From Leptolyngbyaceae cyanobacterium (GTDB taxonomy: Bacteria > Cyanobacteriota > Cyanobacteriia > Phormidesmidales > Phormidesmidaceae), in assembly GCA_050331235.1 (NCBI GenBank), contig JBHJHA010000058.1, positions 1 through 64,000 on the forward strand: a stretch of 64,000 nt of DNA, written 5' to 3'. A model generated the notes under the pieces. The model worked only from the letters and a program-made list of their open reading frames with translations, was not told the origin of the DNA and made no database searches. Positions 10,985-20,092 of the stretch are shown piece by piece. Both the position numbers and the translations under genes were made by a program. Position 1 is the stretch's first letter. Each line of letters begins with the position of its first letter.

Positions 10985-11221
10985 AAATCAAGCTGTTCTC
11001 TTTGTTTGAATAAGTCCACACATTTGCATGAGTTCACACTAGGGTTGCGCTGACAGACCTGTCTACGTTAATGAATGAATCGAGACGCAACCAACCTAAA
11101 ACTCAGGAGTCGTGAAACGCAAACGGCCAAAGGGGTATATTGCCAGGAGCCAGTAGGGCAAGCTTAGACTCTTTTTTGCTATAGACGATATATCCGCAAG
11201 TGATTGAGGACGACCCTGTAG

Positions 11222-12334
11222 ATGCCTATGAGCCAATATCACCTTCTAAGGGGAGGACTGGCAAGTCTCGCCCATGCATTATTTTTCCACCTCCTAGCGC
11301 CGTCCATGGCCGCAGCCGCCACTCCGTTGTTACAGGCTGACGTTGAGTCATTCCGCAATCGGGTAGACCTGGTTTTGCGCGGGGGACCAACGCGACCGAT
11401 ACGCCCGAGCGATCGCCTCGGTTTTGGGGATAGCATCCGCACCGGCCTAGTATCTCAAATCGACTTACATTTCAACGATGGCTCGTTTGCCCGGGTGGGA
11501 GAGCTGGCTATTTTTGGGTTTGTTCCCCAGACGCGGACCCTGCAGTTGACAGCGGGGACAGCGCTGTTTCTGATTCCACCTGGGCAAGGCGGCAGCACCA
11601 TTGAGACCCCCACCCTGATCACCACAACTGGTGAGGCGGCGCTGGTCGTCCGCCACTTTGCCGCCCCCCCCTCAGCTCTAGAGCTCAATACAGCAGCGGA
11701 CTCAGACACCGCGATGGCCGCCCCCATCGAGCGCACGGCAGTCATAGTGCTATCTGATGGCGATGGCGGCCCCTTAAATGTGCGATTACGCGATGGTCGC
11801 AATGTAGACCTCTCCGCTGGACAGATGGCCATTGTCGATGGTGACAATCTGTACGTTTTTGCCTTCGATTTGGCCCTGTTTTACGAGACGAGCCCTTTCG
11901 TCCAGGGATTATTTTTAGCCGAGCCTAACCATGATGACAACAACGCCGCGATCGCCGCGATCCGTCAGGCCATCATGGATGATTTACAAGAGCAACCGGG
12001 ATTCACTGGAGAATATCTGTTAGATCCACAATTTCTGGCCCCTGATGGCAATCTACCGGAGGGGGGAGGATGGTTATTTCCCAACGGAGACCCAGCACGA
12101 CCGCCTAACTCAGAGCCAATCCCTGAAGAGCGCCCCTCCCAAGAAGCCGACAACCTACTCCCTTCCCCCCACGAATCGACAGATTTAGAGCAAGATTTGA
12201 CGGAGCCGCTAGCCCCAGACACAGAATCTGGAGCCCCCACCAACGAATCTGATATCAGCGGTGATGACTTACCGGCAGGCGTCATTATTCCAGGTCCTGA
12301 TTTAGCCCCTGAGACGGACCCAGCCCCCAACTAA
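11222..12334 (+). CDS. FecR-domain protein
   Basis: GDSIRTG..DLHFNDGSFARVG FecR motif, signal peptide, acidic Pro-rich tail. Confidence 0.8.
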   Translation: MPMSQYHLLRGGLASLAHALFFHLLAPSMAAAATPLLQADVESFRNRVDLVLRGGPTRPIRPSDRLGFGDSIRTGLVSQIDLHFNDGSFARVGELAIFGFVPQTRTLQLTAGTALFLIPPGQGGSTIETPTLITTTGEAALVVRHFAAPPSALELNTAADSDTAMAAPIERTAVIVLSDGDGGPLNVRLRDGRNVDLSAGQMAIVDGDNLYVFAFDLALFYETSPFVQGLFLAEPNHDDNNAAIAAIRQAIMDDLQEQPGFTGEYLLDPQFLAPDGNLPEGGGWLFPNGDPARPPNSEPIPEERPSQEADNLLPSPHESTDLEQDLTEPLAPDTESGAPTNESDISGDDLPAGVIIPGPDLAPETDPAPN

Positions 12335-12892
12335 AAAAGCTGGGTGGGTTGCTTGGGAGGCGATCAATGACATCGGCGACAGTCCTGGTCGATCCAGGGT
12401 CAAAAATCGGTCTATCGGGTGGTGACGCCGATCATCAGCCATGCCAAGATTCGGATATGCAGAATGAATAATTAGGCTGATGGTCATGCCGCTGTTTGAC
12501 ACCTCTATTTGCTGATGTTTGCGAGCGTCTAAGATCGCGAGGTTCAGACACAACGCGGTATTAGCGCAAACCAGAGGATATTGAGAGGTGCAAGTGCGGG
12601 GCCGTATTCGGCCAGAAACTTCATGGATTTTTCACAAAAGTCTTCGTACTCTTTACGAAAAGTTTGGATTGAACGTTTAAGTTATAGTTGGAATTACTGA
12701 GCAACTGTCAAAACTAGGATGTAGTTTGCGAACCATTATTTGTAGCTGACGCTCTGCGCCGATGTGTACAAACCTAGATGGTTTACTACCGCCCGGTCTG
12801 TATGTTCTCAATGATCCATTGTTGACTGTCGCTATCCAGCCTCGGGCCATCTACGGCGTGTTTCGTGAGTTAAACTTTCGAACTGGTCATTT

Positions 12893-14623
12893 ATGAATCA
12901 CTTATTCCTCAAGTCATTATTCGGATTCACTAGTTTGACTGGGCTGGTGTCAGCGAGTGCGCTTACCATAGGCCACCTGCCTGCCCATGCGGAAGTACCT
13001 TTGACCCGAGCTGATGTGGAGTCTGTCTATAACCGGGTTGAGCTGATTCCTGAGGGCGAAACGGCTCGGCGGGCAAACTTGACTGATTGGTTGGCTCGGG
13101 GAGATGCGCTGCGGACGTTTGAGAATGCCAGAGCCGAGCTGAGATTTAATGACGGCTCGTTGGCTCGGGTCGGTGAGCGAGCAACCTTTTGGTTTGTTCC
13201 CAACACCCGAGACTTTAGATTGTCGAACGGGACAGCGCTGTTTTTAATTCCCCCCGGACAAGGCCCCAGCAATATTCAAACCCCAAGTGCGGTCACGGGA
13301 ATCCAAGGCACCGCTTTGGTCGTGCGGCATATCCCTCGTCAAGATTGTGTGCAAGCGGCGCCACCGGCTGAGATTGCAAATTGTCCCGGCCGCACAGTGG
13401 TGATGGTACTCACAGATAGTCCTAAAGGCCCGGTCGAGGTTTCGACCGAAACTGGCCGTTCGGTTGCGTTGAATGCTGGTAATTTGGCAGTTATTGAAAA
13501 CGACGCTATTCAAGTTTTAGAGTTCGACTTGCGCTTGTTTTACGAGACTAGTCCTTTGGTAGAAGGGCTGGATCTTGATAATCCTGACTACGTCGGTACT
13601 GGCTCTCCGACTGATCCAGTGCGTCAAGAGACTTGGGCCGGTATCCAAACCCAAGAAGGCTTTGAGAGCAGCTATTTACTCAATCCTGAGCTGATTAGTG
13701 TAGATGCTCAGTTGGGCGTTTCGACCAGCTGGTTATTGTCTCCTAGCGATACGCCCAGTGGCTTTCCAGTGTCGATGATGTCGGGCGATCGCGTCGGCAA
13801 CCTTGACAATTTCAATCAAGGACCGTCCAGGCGTTCTGCAAATCGCGCTTTGATGTCCTCTTGGTTTGCCAACACGCCACCGAGTGCACTGCCTAGTCAG
13901 GCCAATGTACCACCGGGCATTTTAGCGACGCCCTCTGGTGCCAGTCAGCCAGCCGGAGCGACTCCGACTACCCAGATGGGCTCTAGGGTCCCGACAACGA
14001 ACAGCGGCACCCCGGCCCCATTTGTGCCGCCAACGCCAACCAGCGGACCGTCTGTTATCGGCGGCGGCAGCGCTAACCCACCGACGACAACACCCTCGAC
14101 ACCTACACAACAACCTTTCGATCCAGTTGGGCAGCCAACAACTCCTGATATACCCGTAGGGGGTGAGCCGACAGTACCTGATGCAACCGGGGGTGCACCC
14201 ACCCAGCCGACTCCGTTTGACCCAACAGGGGGAACGGGGGGAATACCTCAGGATCCGACCGATCTGCCGATGGAGCAGCCGGTGATTAATCCCAATGACG
14301 GATTTGAGCCGCCAGGTAATAACGACCCAACAGGCAATCCTGACTTTACTCCGCCGGGCAATCCCACTCAACCTCAAGGGGTGCCCTTTGATCCCACAGG
14401 TGGCGGGGCAGCGCCAGCGCCGAATACTGATCCAGGAGTTGGGGCAGCTGGCGGGGTCACGGCTCCGGTACCGACAGTCGAACCCATTCTCAATGACGTA
14501 CAAACGGTACCTGATGCGGCGGCGGCTAATGACGTACCGGCTGGGGTCATTGTTGAGCAACCCACAGATCCCACACCGACGGTAGAAACTCAGACGGTAG
14601 AAACTGAAGCCACTGTTAACTAG
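12893..14623 (+). CDS. FecR-domain protein with a long Pro/Thr/Gly-rich tail
   Basis: GDALRT..AELRFNDGSLARVG..TPSAVTGIQGT; signal peptide; PFDPTGG-type repeats. Confidence 0.85.
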   Translation: MNHLFLKSLFGFTSLTGLVSASALTIGHLPAHAEVPLTRADVESVYNRVELIPEGETARRANLTDWLARGDALRTFENARAELRFNDGSLARVGERATFWFVPNTRDFRLSNGTALFLIPPGQGPSNIQTPSAVTGIQGTALVVRHIPRQDCVQAAPPAEIANCPGRTVVMVLTDSPKGPVEVSTETGRSVALNAGNLAVIENDAIQVLEFDLRLFYETSPLVEGLDLDNPDYVGTGSPTDPVRQETWAGIQTQEGFESSYLLNPELISVDAQLGVSTSWLLSPSDTPSGFPVSMMSGDRVGNLDNFNQGPSRRSANRALMSSWFANTPPSALPSQANVPPGILATPSGASQPAGATPTTQMGSRVPTTNSGTPAPFVPPTPTSGPSVIGGGSANPPTTTPSTPTQQPFDPVGQPTTPDIPVGGEPTVPDATGGAPTQPTPFDPTGGTGGIPQDPTDLPMEQPVINPNDGFEPPGNNDPTGNPDFTPPGNPTQPQGVPFDPTGGGAAPAPNTDPGVGAAGGVTAPVPTVEPILNDVQTVPDAAAANDVPAGVIVEQPTDPTPTVETQTVETEATVN

Positions 14624-14783
14624 CTCGGGTATGTAGAGGGTCAATGGAGCCATCACCTAGACAACAATGCGAGAATTGATAGCAGCATTTTCTGGTGGGT
14701 GAGTGTTCGTATGCTTGCCTTCTGAAATTGCGTTCGTTATGGTGTGAGAGACTCTTATCCGGGTCTCAGCTTTGCTCAGTTGG

Positions 14784-15212
14784 ATGTCCTTGGTCACTGC
14801 CACTGTGCGCTCTAGAAAAGCTCAAAAGATTGATCTTAACGCAGAGTATCCCTGCCCCTGTCGGCGTAGCGGTGTCTTGACCCCGATCGCGCTGACAGAG
14901 GCCTTTGGTTGCAATCGATGTCAGCAAATTTTTGTCGTCAAGGATGACGGATATTTACTCGAACAGTTATCCACCCACTATCCCTACAAGCGGGTGTGGT
15001 ACTGGACGGGGCATCAGTGGCGGTTGGATCATTCGGTACTCAGCAATCACTATTTGCCCTTGGCAACGATGCTCTTTGGGGTAGGGATGTTTGTCTTGCT
15101 GTTAGCGATATTGCAACCCCCCAGCAGTTTAGGAATGTTTTTGCGATTGCTCACGGTGGCAGCTGTCGCATTACTATTTTTAGTAGTGTTTTGGCTCTCT
15201 TGTCGTCGCTGA
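14784..15212 (+). CDS. Hypothetical zinc-ribbon membrane protein
   Basis: YPCPC..EAFGCNRCQQIF and two C-terminal TM segments; start uncertain. Confidence 0.75.
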   Translation: MSLVTATVRSRKAQKIDLNAEYPCPCRRSGVLTPIALTEAFGCNRCQQIFVVKDDGYLLEQLSTHYPYKRVWYWTGHQWRLDHSVLSNHYLPLATMLFGVGMFVLLLAILQPPSSLGMFLRLLTVAAVALLFLVVFWLSCRR

Positions 15213-15243
15213 GCTCAACCGTGTTCGCTCCTGGAATGATGCA

Positions 15244-16497
15244 ATGACCTCCGTTCAGTCTTTGGCCGAGCTTTCGGCGCTTATCCGTCAGGTCCGTCAG
15301 GCTGCTAAAGCGCTGAATCGAATTGGGCCCACTACAGAGGTGTTACATTTAGCCGCCCAGGCATTTCGCGAGGCGACGGCGACGATTTTAGAAGCCAATA
15401 CGCTCGATCTAGAAGCCAGTCTGGAGATGGCGGTACCTGACTTGGTCGTTGAGTGGCTTAAGTTGACACCCGAACGGCTCAACACGGCTATCACGATTTT
15501 AGAGCGACTGGCTCATCTCGACTCGGTAACCAGTTTTGCATACGGTTCGCAGCAGGCGATCGCGCCCACAGCGCATTCCTATCTGCTGGGAGAGCCCCTG
15601 GGTATTATTGCCTTTGCCTATGAGGCTTTTCCAGAGTTGGCGATTGTAGCCTCAGGATTATGTCTGCGAGCGGGCAATGGGTTAATCCTCAAGGGCGGGC
15701 ATGAGGCCAGTCAGACTAACCAGGCGATCGCCGATGTCTTTCAGACCGTGTTATCTCAAGCTGACTTGCCAGAAGAAGTCATTCTTTCGATTTCTCCCAA
15801 TGAGGGCGAAGCGGCACGACGTTGGCTCATGCAAACCACGGAACTTGACTTGCTGATTCCCTATGGGCGGACAAGTTTAGTACAGCAAATCGTTCGTGAG
15901 GCCAACTCGCCTAGCCTAGCCACCGCAATCGCCAATTGCTATCTCTATTGGGCCCAGACCGCCCCAGCCGGGGTGGTCGCTAAAATCGTCGCTGACAGCC
16001 ATCGGGGCAATCCAGAGCCGGTTAACGGCGTCGAAAAGATCTTTTTGGACGATAAAGTATCAGCGGTTGCTCTGCGAGAGCTCAAAGCCTCGCTTCAAGA
16101 ACACAATCTAACGGTTAAAGAAGTGGCGGCTCCAGTAATTTCGCCGTTTGCCATTCCCGCCGAAGAGGAGCTATGGAAAGAATCTCAACTTAATCAGACG
16201 GTACTCGTCGCCAGGGTACCAGACCTCACTACGGCGATCGCCTTGGTCAATCGCTACAGCAGCGGCCATGCTGACTGTATCGTCACCAACTCGTATCGAG
16301 AAAGTGTGCAGTTTGCCAGTCAAATTCGCAGTGCTTCGATTTACGTCAATGCCTCTCCTCGGTTTCAGCGAAACCCCACCCAAGCAAGCGCGATCGCCCT
16401 GGGCATGTCATCACAGCGTGGCCTCAAGGGAGGGCGCATCACCTTAGAAACCTTGTTGACCCACAAATCCGTTGTCAAAGGCTTAGGCACACCATAG
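15244..16497 (+). CDS. Gamma-glutamyl phosphate reductase-like protein (divergent ProA paralog)
   Basis: ILEANTLD, PLGIIAFAYE, GNGLILKGG, LLIPYG, SGHAD, YVNASPRF. Confidence 0.85.
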   Translation: MTSVQSLAELSALIRQVRQAAKALNRIGPTTEVLHLAAQAFREATATILEANTLDLEASLEMAVPDLVVEWLKLTPERLNTAITILERLAHLDSVTSFAYGSQQAIAPTAHSYLLGEPLGIIAFAYEAFPELAIVASGLCLRAGNGLILKGGHEASQTNQAIADVFQTVLSQADLPEEVILSISPNEGEAARRWLMQTTELDLLIPYGRTSLVQQIVREANSPSLATAIANCYLYWAQTAPAGVVAKIVADSHRGNPEPVNGVEKIFLDDKVSAVALRELKASLQEHNLTVKEVAAPVISPFAIPAEEELWKESQLNQTVLVARVPDLTTAIALVNRYSSGHADCIVTNSYRESVQFASQIRSASIYVNASPRFQRNPTQASAIALGMSSQRGLKGGRITLETLLTHKSVVKGLGTP

Positions 16498-16578
16498 TGG
16501 CGGTGCGGCCGCGCCTTGATGAGGCGACTCAGGTGCCGGCGTCTGCCATAATAGCCCTTGTCTGTTGACTCAACCGCC

Positions 16579-17481
16579 ATGACTACTGTTAAAGCCAACG
16601 GCGCGCTTGCTTGGTTGCGCCGGCTCTATCCCCAGGGTCGAGCCAACATTTCGGTACTGTTCATGGTGATGGGCCTAGCGATCACCGCCACTTTCATTGC
16701 GATTGCCCTCTTGGCACCCGTACTGCAATCATGGGGCATTTTGCAAGATCCCACTGCAGCATTACAAAATCCGGTGCATCAACCGCCCTCACCAGAGCAT
16801 TGGCTGGGCACTACGCGCCAGGGCTATGACGTTCTGTCTCGCGTTCTGTTTGGCACTCGAGCTGCTTGGCAGGTGGTGGTCCTGGCCACACTCATGAGTG
16901 TGCTGATTGGTGTGCCCTTGGGCATGGTCAGTGGCTACCTAGGCGGTAAGCTCGATCGCATCCTCCTGTTTTTCATGGATACGATTTACACGCTACCAGG
17001 GTTGTTACTGTCGGTCACACTGGCATTTGTCGTGGGGCGGGGCGTGATCAACGCCGCGATCGCCCTCAGCATTGCCTACATACCGCAGTATTACCGTGTA
17101 GTGCGCAATCACACGGTCAGCGTCAAAACGGAGCTATTCATTGAGGCGGCTCAGGCCATGGGCGCTTCTACCTGGACAGTGCTCAACCGCTACCTCTTCC
17201 TCAATGTGGTGCAGAGCATTCCTGTCTTGTTTACCTTGAATGCGGCGGACGCCATTTTGATTTTGGGCGGGTTGGGCTTTTTAGGCTTAGGACTGCCTGA
17301 GCAGACTCCAGAGTGGGGAGCCGATATTCGGCAGGCCCTAGATGCTTTGCCCACGGGGATTTGGTGGACGGCGCTGTTTCCGGGGCTGGCGCTGACGCTG
17401 ATGGTGACAGGGCTATCACTGGTGGGTGAAGGGCTGAACGAACTTGTGAACCCATTACTACGGCGAGAAAATTGGCAATAG
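16579..17481 (+). CDS. Peptide ABC transporter permease (DppC/OppC-like)
   Basis: HWLGT..GYDVLSR, FIEAAQAMGAS EAA loop, PEWG. Confidence 0.92.
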   Translation: MTTVKANGALAWLRRLYPQGRANISVLFMVMGLAITATFIAIALLAPVLQSWGILQDPTAALQNPVHQPPSPEHWLGTTRQGYDVLSRVLFGTRAAWQVVVLATLMSVLIGVPLGMVSGYLGGKLDRILLFFMDTIYTLPGLLLSVTLAFVVGRGVINAAIALSIAYIPQYYRVVRNHTVSVKTELFIEAAQAMGASTWTVLNRYLFLNVVQSIPVLFTLNAADAILILGGLGFLGLGLPEQTPEWGADIRQALDALPTGIWWTALFPGLALTLMVTGLSLVGEGLNELVNPLLRRENWQ

Positions 17482-17516
17482 CTTGGCAGTAGCGACGTAA
17501 CACTGCCACCCGCTAG

Positions 17517-17628
17517 CTCGGGATATCGGGGCTCTAATCAAGCGCCCTGCGCCCCCCAGGGAAGGGCGAGAAGGAACGGGCCCTGGGCTCTCGGGATATC
17601 GGGGCTCTAATCAAGCGCCCTGCGCCCC
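17517..17628. repeat. 39-bp perfect direct repeat (17517-17555, 17590-17628) separated by 34 bp
   Basis: CTCGGGATATCGGGGCTCTAATCAAGCGCCCTGCGCCCC occurs twice; the second copy overlaps the recR 3' end. Confidence 0.95.
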
Positions 17629-18200
17629 TCTAAGGCACGAGCTAGAGTAACCTCATCCGCATATTCCAAATCGCCGCCCATGGGCAGCCCAAAGGCAATG
17701 CGCGTCACCTTAGTAAATGGCTTGAGCAACTGGCCAACGTAGAGCGTGGTCGTGTCGCCCTCAATGCTGGGACTGATGGCAATAATCGCCTCTTGCACGT
17801 TGTCCTTGTTGACGCGGTGTACCAAAGGACCAATATTGAGCTGCTCTGGCCCGATACCTTCCATAGGAGAAATCAGCCCCCCCAAAACATGGTATTTCCC
17901 GCGATATTCTCGCGTTTTTTCGAGGGCAATCACGTCTCTAGAATCAGCGACCACGCAGAGGGTCTGAGCATCGCGGTTATTAGATTTGCAGATATCGCAA
18001 ACCGGCTCTGCAGAGAGATGAAAACATACAGAGCAGTAACCCATCTGGGCTTTAGCATCCACTAGCGCTTGGGCAAATGCCTGGATCTCAGCGTCAGATC
18101 GCTTCAGCAAGTGTAATGCCAATCGCTGAGCGGTCTTGGGGCCGACACCCGGTAGTTTTTGCAACTCTTCAATCAGGCGGGCAAGGGGGCGAGCGTAAAT
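17607..18200 (-). CDS. recR: Recombination mediator RecR, probable ATT start
   Basis: [14 protein letters not shown]4 zinc finger, [14 protein letters not shown]; frame extends to [12 protein letters not shown] with AGGAGG 9 nt upstream. Confidence 0.93.
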   Translation of the reverse strand: MYARPLARLIEELQKLPGVGPKTAQRLALHLLKRSDAEIQAFAQALVDAKAQMGYCSVCFHLSAEPVCDICKSNNRDAQTLCVVADSRDVIALEKTREYRGKYHVLGGLISPMEGIGPEQLNIGPLVHRVNKDNVQEAIIAISPSIEGDTTTLYVGQLLKPFTKVTRIAFGLPMGGDLEYADEVTLARALEGRRALD

Positions 18201-18338
18201 CGGTCTAATCCTCCTAGACGGGTGAAGGACAGCAAACAGTTAAGCACAGGTGCAGCAAATCCGGGAGACTTCAGCGGGACAGTAAACGTCGATGTCATGA
18301 TCACTCGCGAAGTAAGGGAGCCGCATAGGAGCGGCAGG

Positions 18339-19175
18339 TTAGGTAGTAGACAAAATTCTGACGCGATTGCGACCGCGCTGGAGCGCTTGTTCCAAGGCTT
18401 TGTCGGCGGTCAGGAGCAAGTCATCGCTACTCGTCGCGTTTACAGAATCTGCGATCGCACCACCCACGCTGACATCCATTTCCATGGTTTGGCCAGTCGA
18501 TAATACGGGCGGATTTTCTAAGATAGCCGCCTGGAGCTTTTCACCGTAGTGGGTAATTGCTTTGGTGTCCATGCCGGCATTGGTGGCGGCAAATTGGCCC
18601 TGACCATCGCTATAGAACCAGGTTTGTGGTAAGGCTTGCTGCTGTAGGGTATTGGCCACTGCAGCAAACATCTCCGGCAGCGAGCTGCCGTTTTCGACAA
18701 CGGGGACGACTTTAAGCTGTAAGACACTGTAAGGAGGAACTTGTGCGACGTCAGCTTGTTTTTGCAAACGGGCAAGCTGGGCCGCGATCGCCTTAGACAA
18801 GAGACGATGTCTAATCAAACCCGTTGTCGGTTCTAAAATGTCCAATGAGTTGAGCAACTCTTCATAATTGAGCTTAACGGCTTGGTTTTTTTCCGCCTCT
18901 GAACGAACGGCAGCGGCTTTGTCTTCGATCTGTTGTGTCAGGTTCTCAGTCTGCTGCTGCAACCTCGAAACACGGACATTGCGACGAATGACGGCAGGTA
19001 TGGAAACCAGCAAACCGATGATGACCCCAATCGCTAAGCTTCCTAAAAGTATCAGTGCCTGGGATTGCTGATACTCCCAAATAAAGAATTGAATTGTAAC
19101 CAGATTTGTGTTTTGAAGCGCGAATAAGATAGCAAGGAAAGCTATCAATAGCGCCGAAACTACATAGAGTCGCAT
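18339..19175 (-). CDS. LapA-like membrane domain fused to a degenerate GGDEF domain
   Basis: ILFALQNT..VTIQF N-terminus; TGL..; DVSVGGA..LLLTADKAL..GRNRV C-terminus; GGDEF position reads DGQGQF. Confidence 0.7.
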   Translation of the reverse strand: MRLYVVSALLIAFLAILFALQNTNLVTIQFFIWEYQQSQALILLGSLAIGVIIGLLVSIPAVIRRNVRVSRLQQQTENLTQQIEDKAAAVRSEAEKNQAVKLNYEELLNSLDILEPTTGLIRHRLLSKAIAAQLARLQKQADVAQVPPYSVLQLKVVPVVENGSSLPEMFAAVANTLQQQALPQTWFYSDGQGQFAATNAGMDTKAITHYGEKLQAAILENPPVLSTGQTMEMDVSVGGAIADSVNATSSDDLLLTADKALEQALQRGRNRVRILSTT

Positions 19176-19363
19176 AACGGTCTATAACTGCTGCCTTTCT
19201 TCTTTATCGTACTGGCAAGTGGTTTCTGCATGGAGACGACCTCTGCGCTTACGGGTTCGAGCGGTAATCCGCTGTCGCATAGGCGATGTCAGTTAACAAC
19301 GCTTTAGCGAGTGTGTACAAGGTTCAACGTAGATGACAGTGAGCAATCACCGGGTTCAGAGTC

Positions 19364-19774
19364 ATGAATATAACGACAACAGATATTAGCGGATGTTGGC
19401 TGGGGGCTTATTGGCAGGGCAAGCAGCCCATTCACTTTCAGGCAACCCTGCTTCAAGGGGGGAATGTCGTAGACGGGCGCATCCTTGACAGTAACTATTT
19501 AGGTGAGTCACACATTAAAGGTGAAGTGCTCGGACATCGCATTTTCTTTATCAAGCGATATCTCACGACATCCCCCAATCCTATTCGCTACAGCGGCTCA
19601 TTAGCTGACAATGGTCATTACATGCATGGTCATTGGCGCATTGGTTATTTTGACTCCGGCCGCTGGGAGGCTTACCGGACCCACGACCCTTTTGCCGAGG
19701 AGCTATCGGCGCTACTGGCAGAGCAGCCCGCTACCGCTGCGCCCTGGCCGGAAGATGAGCTGTGGCGTAATTAA
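19364..19774 (+). CDS. Hypothetical protein
   Basis: 136-aa ORF with ATG start; ISGCWLGAYWQ..GRWEA. Confidence 0.7.
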   Translation: MNITTTDISGCWLGAYWQGKQPIHFQATLLQGGNVVDGRILDSNYLGESHIKGEVLGHRIFFIKRYLTTSPNPIRYSGSLADNGHYMHGHWRIGYFDSGRWEAYRTHDPFAEELSALLAEQPATAAPWPEDELWRN

Positions 19775-20092
19775 TCCATCCAGCTGCCGGCGATCGCGAT
19801 CCAGCGAGGCGGCTCAAATTTTTCGTTGCACAGAGCGGGGCCCGTTAGTAGACTGAAATGCCCACAGCACACCGTCCAAGCACGCCGTGCTGTCTTTGCA
19901 AAGTTGATAACGATAATTGGCTTCTAAGATGTCCGCAACTTACGGCAGCAACTTTGAAGCTCTGCTTATGCTCCTGTCATCAGTCCCTGGAGCACTCTCC
20001 GACTTAATCCGACGATTTGAGTCTAGGCATTCATAATTTTGCTCGCCAGGATAGAGACGATAGCTGCTCTTAACTCTCCTTTCCCTAAACCT

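Noticed and set aside
13922..14656. 244-aa antisense ORF and other long shadow ORFs (for example 21662-22234)
   Set aside because: They lie opposite well-supported genes and show no recognisable motifs
17517..17628. Calling the repeat-spacer-repeat a canonical CRISPR array
   Set aside because: Only two repeats; the repeat is recR coding sequence, lacks typical cyanobacterial repeat ends, and no cas genes are in the window
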